DNA of 48,474 nt from Thermoplasmatota archaeon (GTDB lineage: Archaea; Thermoplasmatota; E2; DHVEG-1): assembly GCA_022848765.1 (NCBI GenBank), contig JAJISJ010000002.1, forward strand, positions 1-48,474, in the 5' to 3' direction. Shown here piece by piece: positions 10,691-19,043 of this stretch. Under the pieces are notes generated by a model that saw only the letters and a program-made list of their open reading frames with translations, made no database searches and was not told the origin of the DNA. The first letter of the stretch is position 1. Every line of letters begins with the position of its first letter. Both the position numbers and the translations under genes were made by a program.

Positions 10691-11653
10691 TTACATATTA
10701 AAATAATCTAATATTTCTTTTTTTAAACTTTCAATACCCTCCCCAGTTTTATTTGATATTTTCAAATTTTTAGAATTAGATTTAAATATATCAGCTTTAT
10801 TTTCAACAGTAATTATTTTTGATTCATTAAAGAGATTTTCAATAATTATAAATAATTTTTTCTGATCTTCAATTAAATAACCACAAGTTTCTGATAAATC
10901 AAATATATATATAATCAAATCTGCAAGATGAGTCAGAGCTGCAATTGCTTGCTTCTCAATTTCATTTTTTTCAGATATTGGACTATCTAATAAACCAGGG
11001 GTATCAATTAGTTGAATACGATTATTTATATAATTCTGTTTTTTTTCAATATGTCCCACAGATACTTCTTTTGTTGTAAAAGGATATTGTGCAGTTTTTG
11101 GTTTAGATTTAGATAGCGATTTTAGTAGAGAAGATTTACCTACATTAGGAAAACCTGAAATTACTACAGTTGGAATATCAACTATTTCGGGAAATTTATT
11201 TATAATTTTCTGAGCTTGAATTAAAAAAGTTAAATCTTTTTCAACTTGATTTACAACACTTGAGATTCTGCCATATATTTCATTTTGTTTTTGTTTTAAA
11301 AATTCAATTTTACCTGATTTTTTTAAAAAATAACTTTGCTTTGTGTATATTTTCTTACAGGTTTTTGATGCCCAGTTGATCGCTCCAAGAGATTTTCGTA
11401 ATTTATTTACATCTATTTTAATATCTATTAATTCTTGATAAAAAACTGATAGATTATTTATCGATGGAAAATTTATTGTATAACTATCTAAAATCGAACA
11501 AACAGACATTGAAAAAGATTCGGTTTGTGCAATTATTGTTTTCTTTTTTTTATATAAAACATTTCTATCCTTAATTTGTTTTTTGTTTGCTTTTTTAAAG
11601 GATCTATCTAAAATTTCCTGAGCAGATGAAATATTTTTTATTTTTTCAATCAT
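10691..11653 (-). CDS. NOG1-family (Nog1/GBP) GTP-binding protein
   Basis: GFPNVGKSS, YPFTTK, DTPGLLD, NEIEKQAI.AL, NKAD; helical N-terminal domain. Start moved to ATG 11653 (MIEKIK); the ORF track gives 11722. Confidence 0.92.
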   Translation of the reverse strand: MIEKIKNISSAQEILDRSFKKANKKQIKDRNVLYKKKKTIIAQTESFSMSVCSILDSYTINFPSINNLSVFYQELIDIKIDVNKLRKSLGAINWASKTCKKIYTKQSYFLKKSGKIEFLKQKQNEIYGRISSVVNQVEKDLTFLIQAQKIINKFPEIVDIPTVVISGFPNVGKSSLLKSLSKSKPKTAQYPFTTKEVSVGHIEKKQNYINNRIQLIDTPGLLDSPISEKNEIEKQAIAALTHLADLIIYIFDLSETCGYLIEDQKKLFIIIENLFNESKIITVENKADIFKSNSKNLKISNKTGEGIESLKKEILDYFNM

Positions 11654-11929
11654 TTTATTGAAAAACTTTATGTGATACGTATAAATTAACATATTGGTAA
11701 AATTACAATGGATGAGGCTCATAACCTATTAAATAAATTTAGAAAAATTATATTTGAAGAGAATTTCTTCAGTTAAACTAGATATTAAAGGAATATAAAA
11801 AAAATAATAATAATTTTGAAGTTATTCATAAGAGGCCATAATAATTTATAAAAATAATGATAGCATAGGAAAAAAGTGATATATACTAATAAATGATGGG
11901 GAAAAACTACTATAGATTATCAAAGATTA

Positions 11930-12610
11930 ATGGAGTTGAAATATTTCATGAAACCTTATTTAATACAAATGTTAAAAGAAATTGCATTGTTGGGTGCCCT
12001 TAGAGATAAAATTGAAATATCATCAATTGAACTTGCAAATCAATTAAATAATAGTCAGCAAACTGCTTCAAGATATCTACTTGAATTAGATAAAAAAGGA
12101 ATGATAATTAGAGAGTTAGGAATAAAAAAACAATTAATTCAGATTACTGATATTGGAAAGTCAATATTGCAAGAGGAACATTTACTTTATCAACAAATTT
12201 TTGAATTAACAAATCGGATATATATATCAGGTAAAGTAGTATCTGGTATGGGTGAAGGTAGATATTATACTGAGCAAATAGATTATATAAAGCAATTCCA
12301 GGATAAATTAAAATTTAAACCACATCCTGGTACATTAAATATTGAAATTAAACACATTGAAAAAAATAAAATTCGATTGGTTAAAAAATATAACGCAATA
12401 ATAATAAAAGAATTTAAAACTAATAATCGGACTTTTGGAAGTGTAAAATGTTTCCATGCAAAAATTGAAAATATGAACGGCGCAATTGTTTTACCAATTC
12501 GTAGTCATTATTCTAATATTTTAGAATTTATATCACCTCATTTCCTGAGAAAAGAATTAAATTTAAAAGATGGAGATAGTGTAAAAATTGTGATATTTCT
12601 AAAAAATTAG
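11930..12610 (+). CDS. ribK: CTP-dependent riboflavin kinase with N-terminal winged HTH (RbkR-type)
   Basis: HTH ISS.ELA..L..SQQTASRYL..L, then GKVVSGMGEGRYY, PHPGTLN, P.RSHY and LE.ISP..LR..L.LKDGD. Confidence 0.93.
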   Translation: MELKYFMKPYLIQMLKEIALLGALRDKIEISSIELANQLNNSQQTASRYLLELDKKGMIIRELGIKKQLIQITDIGKSILQEEHLLYQQIFELTNRIYISGKVVSGMGEGRYYTEQIDYIKQFQDKLKFKPHPGTLNIEIKHIEKNKIRLVKKYNAIIIKEFKTNNRTFGSVKCFHAKIENMNGAIVLPIRSHYSNILEFISPHFLRKELNLKDGDSVKIVIFLKN

Positions 12611-12621
12611 AGTGACATAAA

Positions 12622-14337
12622 ATGAAAAATAAATTAGTTGCTGATTTATTATATCAAATTGCAGATTTACTAGATATTAAGGGCGAAATATTTTTTAAAA
12701 CTAGAGCGTATAGAATTGCAGCTCAAAATATAGAGGTTCTAACTGAAGATATTGAAGTTTTAGCAAAAGAAAATAGATTAAAAAATATTAACGGTGTTGG
12801 TGAAGCTCTTTCTCTTAAAATAAAAGAATTATTTGAAACTGGTAAAATTCAATATTATGAAAAATTAAAAAAAGAAATACCTAAAGGAGCACTTGAACTT
12901 CTTGATATCTCAGGTCTTGGACCAAAAAAAGTATCGATTTTATTTAATACTCTAAATATCTCAAATATTGAATACTTAAAAAAAGCATGTATAGAAGGTA
13001 AGCTAAGAAATCTTGATGGTTTTGGAGAAATAACTGAAAGGAATATTTTAAGAGGAATATCTCTTAAAGAAAAAACTAGTGGAAGAATATTATTAAATAT
13101 CGCATATGAAACTGGAGAAAAATATATCAACTATCTAAATAAATATGATAAAATAGATAAAATAAGTGTTGCAGGTAGCTTCCGTAGAATGAAAGAAACT
13201 ATTGGTGATTTAGATTTAATTGTATCTTCTAATTCACCACATAAAGTCATGGAATATTTTATTAAATATCCTAAAGTCAAAAGAATTTTACTAATGGGAA
13301 ATACAAAAACTAGTGTATTATTAGAGAATAATATTCAAGTTGATTTAAGAGTAATAGAAGATAAAAGTTTTGGTGCTGCTTTACAATATTTCACTGGTTC
13401 AAAAGAACATAATGTAAAAATTAGAGGTATTGCTAATAAAAAAGGATATAAATTAAATGAATATGGTCTTTACAATAAAGAAAATGGAAATTTTGTTGTT
13501 GGAAAAACAGAGAATGAAATATACCAAAAACTCAAACTTAGATTTATTGAACCTGAAATTAGAGAGAACAGAGGTGAAATTGAAGCTGCATTTTCAAATA
13601 TACTACCAAAACTCGTGAAATATGATGATATTAAAGGAGATTTTCATATGCATTCTACATGGAGTGATGGTAATAATACTATTGAAGAATTAGCATTATT
13701 TTCTAAAAAATTAGGATATAAATATATTGGAATTGCGGATCATTCAGAATCTTTAAAAATTGCAAATGGACTTAATAGTGAAAAAATTAAAAAAAAAATA
13801 AACGAAATAGAGAAAATTAATAGTAAAATTTCAGATATTGAGGTTTTCTGTGGAACAGAATGTGAAATAAAAAAAAATGGAAGACTAGATTATGATAAAA
13901 ATATTTTAAAAAAAATTGATTTTGTTGGAATAGCCATTCATTCTTCTTTTAAAACCAATAAAAAAGATTTAACTGATCGGATAATATCTGCAATGCAAAA
14001 TGAATATGTTGATTATTTGGCTCATCCTACCTGTAGAATAATAGGTAGAAGAGAACCTCTTGATATAGATATCAAAAAAATATTTGAAGCTGCAGTCGAA
14101 ACTAATACGTATCTTGAAATAAATGCTTTTCCTGACCGCCTAGATCTAAATGATTTAAATATTAGACATGCAAAAGATATAGGAGTTAAATTTATTATTG
14201 GAACAGATTCACACAACATTAATCATTTAAATTTTATGAGATATGGTATTGCTACTGCACGTAGAGGATGGTTAGAAAAAAAAGATATTATAAATACCTA
14301 TTCTAAAGAAAAAATTGATATTATATTCAGACGGTGA
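12622..14337 (+). CDS. polX: DNA polymerase X with C-terminal PHP (3'-5' exonuclease/phosphoesterase) domain
   Basis: HhH GVGE and GLGPKK, AGSFRR, catalytic GDLD and VDLR, YFTGSKEHN; PHP motifs HMHS.WSDG, DHS, AHPT, GTDSH. Confidence 0.95.
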   Translation: MKNKLVADLLYQIADLLDIKGEIFFKTRAYRIAAQNIEVLTEDIEVLAKENRLKNINGVGEALSLKIKELFETGKIQYYEKLKKEIPKGALELLDISGLGPKKVSILFNTLNISNIEYLKKACIEGKLRNLDGFGEITERNILRGISLKEKTSGRILLNIAYETGEKYINYLNKYDKIDKISVAGSFRRMKETIGDLDLIVSSNSPHKVMEYFIKYPKVKRILLMGNTKTSVLLENNIQVDLRVIEDKSFGAALQYFTGSKEHNVKIRGIANKKGYKLNEYGLYNKENGNFVVGKTENEIYQKLKLRFIEPEIRENRGEIEAAFSNILPKLVKYDDIKGDFHMHSTWSDGNNTIEELALFSKKLGYKYIGIADHSESLKIANGLNSEKIKKKINEIEKINSKISDIEVFCGTECEIKKNGRLDYDKNILKKIDFVGIAIHSSFKTNKKDLTDRIISAMQNEYVDYLAHPTCRIIGRREPLDIDIKKIFEAAVETNTYLEINAFPDRLDLNDLNIRHAKDIGVKFIIGTDSHNINHLNFMRYGIATARRGWLEKKDIINTYSKEKIDIIFRR

Positions 14338-14344
14338 AAATAAA

Positions 14345-16330
14345 ATGGATAAAAAAAAAGCAATAATACTCATTAAAAAACTTAGAAAGGATATTAATTA
14401 TCATAATCATAAATATTATATTGAAAATAATCCTATTATCTCTGATTTTGAATTTGATAAATTATTAAAAGAATTGGAACAAATTGAATATAATTTTCCT
14501 GATTTAATAACTCCAGATTCTCCTACTCAAAGAATTGGAGAAAAACCCATAGATCATTTTGAAACAATTAATCATATTACTCCGATGCTTTCTCTTGCAA
14601 ATACATATAACAATAAAGAACTTCGAGATTTTAACAATAGATTACTTAAAAAATTCGATAGAGTATCATATGTTGTTGAACCAAAAATTGATGGGATAGG
14701 TGCTGCTCTTGTTTATGAAAATGGTTTATTAGTTAGGGGTGTAACTAGAGGTGATGGTGTCAAAGGGGATGATATTACAGGTAATCTAAAAACAATTAGA
14801 AGTGTTCCTTTAAAGTTGGACAAAATAGATATTAAATTTCTTGAAGTTCGTGGGGAGATTTTCATGTCAAAATCAGGTTTCAATAATTTAAATAAAAATT
14901 TATTGGAAAAAAATGAACCTACTTTTGCAAATACAAGAAATGCTACAGCAGGTTCAATAAGGCAGCTTAATCCAAAAATTGTCGCAAGTAGACCTTTAGA
15001 TATATTTGTTTATCAAATATCATATTCAGATAAAATTATAGAAACTCATGAAGAAGCATTAATCATATTGAAAAAAGTTGGTTTTAAGACAAACCCTTTA
15101 ACAAAAAAAGTTAAAGATATTGAAGAAGCAATAAATTTTTGCGAAGAACTAGAAAAAATAAGAGAGGATCTTGATTATAATATTGATGGTGCAGTTTTAA
15201 AAATTGATTCAATAGAAAAACAAAAAATTCTTGGATCGACAACAAAAAATCCTCGATGGGCCATTTCATTCAAGTTCGCTGCTCAACAAGCTACAACAAA
15301 GCTATTAAAAATTAATATTCAAGTTGGAAGACAAGGAACATTAACACCAGTTGCAATTCTTGATCCGGTAAAAATTGGAGGGGTAACAGTTTCTCGTGCA
15401 ACTCTTCATAACTTTGATGAAATAAATAGGAAAGATATAAAAATAGGTGATATCGTCTTAGTTGAAAGAAGTGGAGATGTTATTCCCCAAATAGTTAAAA
15501 GTATAAAAGAAAAAAGACAGGAAAATAATAAATTTTTTGAAATACCAAAGAAATGTCCAATATGTAATACTAATGTTATAAATGAATCTGAAGAAGTTGC
15601 AATTAGATGCCCAAATAAAATGTGCCCAGCAAGATTAAAATGGAGAGTTAAACATTTTGCATCGAGAGATGCAATGGATATTGAACATCTCGGTTTTGCA
15701 ACAATAGATAAAATGATTGAAAACAATCTAATTTCTGATATATCTGATATTTATTTCTTAGCTTTAGATGATATACTATCCATCGAGGGTTTCAAAGAAA
15801 AATCTGCACAAAATCTAATTAATTCAATTGAGAAAAGTAAAAACATGACTTTTGAGAGATTAATATACGGTCTTGGGATTCGTCATGTAGGCAAATATTC
15901 TGCCCAAATTATATCAAAAAGTTATTCATCGATCAATGAACTTATCAATGCAGATGAAGAAGATTTAAAAAAAATTGATGGATTAGGTGATAAAACAGCT
16001 AATGAAATAGCATCATTTTTTTCAAATGATGAAAATATTAACCTAATTAAAAGATTAATTGAAGTAGGAGTTAAAACACGGAAGAATCAAATTAATAAAG
16101 AATTACCTTTCAAAGATAAAAAATTTGTTTTTACCGGAAGTTTAAAATCATATTCAAGAACCGAATCTTCAGATATTATTAAAAGCAAAGGTGGAAATAT
16201 TTTATCATCCATTACAAAAACTACTGATTATGTTATCGTAGGAGAAAAACCAGGTTCAAAACTAGAAAAAGCTAAGAATTTAGGTTTAAAAATATTAAAT
16301 GAAGAAGAATTCATAATGTTGATAAAATAA
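14345..16330 (+). CDS. ligA: NAD+-dependent DNA ligase
   Basis: Domain Ia YY..N.P.ISD.EFD, motif I EPKIDG, TRGDG..G.D.T, EVRGE, PRWAI.FKF, RATLHN, Cys4 zinc finger (CPIC...CPNKMC), HhH and BRCT (VFTG...GSKL.KA). Start placed at ATG 14345 after GGTGA. Confidence 0.96.
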   Translation: MDKKKAIILIKKLRKDINYHNHKYYIENNPIISDFEFDKLLKELEQIEYNFPDLITPDSPTQRIGEKPIDHFETINHITPMLSLANTYNNKELRDFNNRLLKKFDRVSYVVEPKIDGIGAALVYENGLLVRGVTRGDGVKGDDITGNLKTIRSVPLKLDKIDIKFLEVRGEIFMSKSGFNNLNKNLLEKNEPTFANTRNATAGSIRQLNPKIVASRPLDIFVYQISYSDKIIETHEEALIILKKVGFKTNPLTKKVKDIEEAINFCEELEKIREDLDYNIDGAVLKIDSIEKQKILGSTTKNPRWAISFKFAAQQATTKLLKINIQVGRQGTLTPVAILDPVKIGGVTVSRATLHNFDEINRKDIKIGDIVLVERSGDVIPQIVKSIKEKRQENNKFFEIPKKCPICNTNVINESEEVAIRCPNKMCPARLKWRVKHFASRDAMDIEHLGFATIDKMIENNLISDISDIYFLALDDILSIEGFKEKSAQNLINSIEKSKNMTFERLIYGLGIRHVGKYSAQIISKSYSSINELINADEEDLKKIDGLGDKTANEIASFFSNDENINLIKRLIEVGVKTRKNQINKELPFKDKKFVFTGSLKSYSRTESSDIIKSKGGNILSSITKTTDYVIVGEKPGSKLEKAKNLGLKILNEEEFIMLIK

Positions 16331-16347
16331 TTCTTATAAGTGAAAAT

Positions 16348-16542
16348 ATGGAATGTAAATCATCAGAAAACAAAAAAAATTGTAACTGTTCATATCCTTG
16401 TAATAAAAAGGGAATATGTTGTGAATGTATAACTTATCATAGAAAAATGTTTCAACTACCAGCTTGTTATTTTTCAGATAAAGAAGAAAAAACATATGAC
16501 CGATCAATTAAAAATTTTATAAAATTATATGATAAAATTTGA
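16348..16542 (+). CDS. Small Cys-rich protein (resembles DUF6485 family)
   Basis: C..N...CNCSYPC.KKG.CCECI.YH....QLPACYF....EKTYDRS pattern with 8 Cys in 64 aa; 17 nt downstream of ligA. Confidence 0.75.
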   Translation: MECKSSENKKNCNCSYPCNKKGICCECITYHRKMFQLPACYFSDKEEKTYDRSIKNFIKLYDKI

Positions 16543-16573
16543 TTAGATAATATATTAAAAATAAAATACATGT

Positions 16574-17179
16574 TTATTTAGAATAGCTGATATTTATCGT
16601 AATTATTTCATCATTTACATCAATACCTTTCAAAGATTTTACCATCCCAATTAACGTGTTTTTAATAAATTCCTGCGGAAATTCAGATAAAGATATTTTT
16701 TCCCCATTCACTTTTAACTCAATTTTATCATCCAAATAATTACACCTCTCATTTAATTTATTTGCAATAAATGATTGAATTTTATTTAAATTATTATCAT
16801 AAGTAAATATAGTGTTTTTAAGTAAAGATTTATTTCCAATTCTAATTTTTTGAATAAATTTATCTTGTACACCTTCTACAAGAATCAAATCATAATATTT
16901 ATATGCAAGAATATATTCAATGCAATTATTTAATTTCATTTCGTCTTTGAAAATAAACAAGGTTTGATCTTTTGTTAAAAACGAAATTGCATTTGATCCG
17001 GCTTCTGCAAATTTATATGTATCTTTACCTACACGATCAATATTATAGGATTTATCTGACTGTTTAATTGAAGCAACTTTATAGTTCAATTTGGAAAAAT
17101 ATATAATTAGTTCAGTGATAAGTTTAGTCTTACCCGTATTTGAAAATCCATATATCCCAATAATTACAGGTTTTAGCAT
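16574..17179 (-). CDS. mobB: Molybdopterin-guanine dinucleotide biosynthesis protein MobB with C-terminal accessory domain
   Basis: P-loop GFSNTGKT, VASIK, D..GKDT..F..AG, DLILVEG; C-terminal LKVNGEKI.L.EF...FI..TL.GMV.SLKG domain. Confidence 0.85.
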   Translation of the reverse strand: MLKPVIIGIYGFSNTGKTKLITELIIYFSKLNYKVASIKQSDKSYNIDRVGKDTYKFAEAGSNAISFLTKDQTLFIFKDEMKLNNCIEYILAYKYYDLILVEGVQDKFIQKIRIGNKSLLKNTIFTYDNNLNKIQSFIANKLNERCNYLDDKIELKVNGEKISLSEFPQEFIKNTLIGMVKSLKGIDVNDEIITINISYSK

Positions 17180-17465
17180 TAATATAGAAAATTAGTTTTT
17201 AATAAAAAAACTTATCTTTATAAAACATTAAAATAATTTTAAATTAGAATAATTTAATATTATTACAAACGGCTAATTCATATTTAAATAACTTATATAA
17301 TTAAAGCCCCCATGTTCAATTTAGCTATTATTTTGTATCTCTTAGAGATGTTTATTAAAGAAAAATATATGTTGATATAGTAATTATAATTATAAGCAAT
17401 TTATTAATATTGATTAGATTTTAAACATAATTTATATATATACGCATACAAATATCTGCCAAAGT

Positions 17466-17888
17466 ATGATATTTAGTAGGGGGAAAATAATACATATATT
17501 AGCAATTTCTGTTATTATATTAGGAATAATTTCAACAATATATGTTAATGCATATAAAGAAAAAAATAATAGCTCAAATGAAATTATTATAAATGGAAAT
17601 AGCTTTGATATTTCAATAATTTTTTCAAATATAAATGAAATAAAAATCATAACTGATGATGGAGAAAAATCAGGTATACCTTTAGATCAATTAATCGATT
17701 ATAGCGGAGAAAATTGTCCTTCATGTTTTAAATACCAAATAATTGGATCAGACGGATATAAACAAACCGTAACTTGGCAGGATATGGAAAATGGTGTACT
17801 ATCATTAGATAGAATTGCATTTTTTCCTCATTTAGCACATCCTTTTTGGGTTAGAGATATTATTGAAATTGAGGTGAAAAAAATATGA
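17466..17888 (+). CDS. Membrane-anchored hypothetical protein resembling the molybdopterin-dependent oxidoreductase (MsrP/YedY-like) binding domain
   Basis: One N-terminal TM helix, then GIPL..L, GSDGY and WVRDI.EIEV segments typical of that fold; CPSC motif. TATA-like TTTATATA at about 17431. The fold call is inference. Confidence 0.6.
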   Translation: MIFSRGKIIHILAISVIILGIISTIYVNAYKEKNNSSNEIIINGNSFDISIIFSNINEIKIITDDGEKSGIPLDQLIDYSGENCPSCFKYQIIGSDGYKQTVTWQDMENGVLSLDRIAFFPHLAHPFWVRDIIEIEVKKI

Positions 17889-18571
17889 AAAATAAAATGA
17901 GAATATTTGCTCTAATAATATTTTTTGGATCAATCTGGGGTTTTTCAGAAATTTTTATAGGATCATTTCTAGCGGACCAAGAACTACCTTATGGAATAAT
18001 TATGACAGGTTTTTTCGCAATGATTTTCTTAACACTTAGTAGAATTATTTATAATCAAAAAGGTATGCAAATAGCAATTGGAATAACAGCAGGTGCTCTA
18101 AAATATTTTAATCCATTTGTTGGAGGTAATGTTTGTAGTGCAATTGCAATAATGGCTGAAGGATTAGTATTTGAATTGATATGGAATTATTTTATGAATT
18201 ATGATTTTTCTCAACTAAAATCTATAAAAATGAAAATAAGTGTTGGAATATTTACGTCCTATATGGTTTATGTTTCAGGATTCATTTTAACACAGATTTT
18301 AACACCTTTGATTTATTCAAACTTTTATTTTGAAAATTTAATATCTTTTATGCCTCAAATTTTTTCAAAAGGATTATTTGCAGGAATTATTGGAGGTCTA
18401 TCTATTCCGATAGCATTTTCATTAAGTAATATTAATTTATCATTAAAAGATAAAATATATTATCGTGAGGGACGCCTAAGGATAAATAGACTATTTTATC
18501 CAACTACATTCGGAATTTCTGCAATTTGCTGGATAATTGTATTAGCAAATTGGTATATTTTTATATCATAA
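17885..18571 (+). CDS. Integral membrane protein, ECF S-component-like
   Basis: About 7 hydrophobic helices in 228 aa; the segment KG...IGI.AG.LK...AI.IMAEGLVFELIW resembles YkoE-type S components; overlaps the upstream gene (ATGA) with GAGGTG as RBS. Confidence 0.6.
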   Translation: MKNKMRIFALIIFFGSIWGFSEIFIGSFLADQELPYGIIMTGFFAMIFLTLSRIIYNQKGMQIAIGITAGALKYFNPFVGGNVCSAIAIMAEGLVFELIWNYFMNYDFSQLKSIKMKISVGIFTSYMVYVSGFILTQILTPLIYSNFYFENLISFMPQIFSKGLFAGIIGGLSIPIAFSLSNINLSLKDKIYYREGRLRINRLFYPTTFGISAICWIIVLANWYIFIS

Positions 18572-18590
18572 AAAAAATTGAGGGAATAAT

Positions 18591-19040
18591 ATGAAAAATT
18601 CTGGTAAAGTCAGAGTACTTAAATTCTATGATGAAAGATGTAATGGTTGTTTAGAATGTATGAAAGCCTGTTCAATGATACATTTCAAAACTAAAGAAGG
18701 TGGTGAAAAATCCGCAATTAAGATAAATAAAATAAATAAAAAATTTATAATGAATGCCTGCGATCAACGAGGTTTATGCCTTGATATGTGTCCTGTCGGA
18801 GCATTAAAAAGGAAAAAAAGTAGTATTGTATGGCTAGATAAAAAAATATGTATTGGTTGCCAAGCATGTATAGGTTTTTGTCCAATAAATGCTATGAGAA
18901 AATCAAAAGACAGAATTGAACCTTTTAAATGTATAAGCTGCGGTGCATGTATACGAGTTTGTCCAGAAAAAGCCCTTGAATTTATTGAAAAAGATATTAA
19001 TGATATTAAGGAAATTGTTTACCATAAACAGGGAGTATAG
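18591..19040 (+). CDS. Multi-[4Fe-4S] ferredoxin subunit
   Basis: CNGCLECMKAC, CDQRGLCLDMCP, CIGCQACIGFCP and CISCGACIRVCP clusters. Confidence 0.93.
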   Translation: MKNSGKVRVLKFYDERCNGCLECMKACSMIHFKTKEGGEKSAIKINKINKKFIMNACDQRGLCLDMCPVGALKRKKSSIVWLDKKICIGCQACIGFCPINAMRKSKDRIEPFKCISCGACIRVCPEKALEFIEKDINDIKEIVYHKQGV

Positions 19041-19043
19041 ATA

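Noticed and set aside
11881-11900. Possible RbkR autoregulatory operator upstream of ribK
   Set aside because: Only weak dyad symmetry, and I cannot verify a match to the known motif without a matrix.
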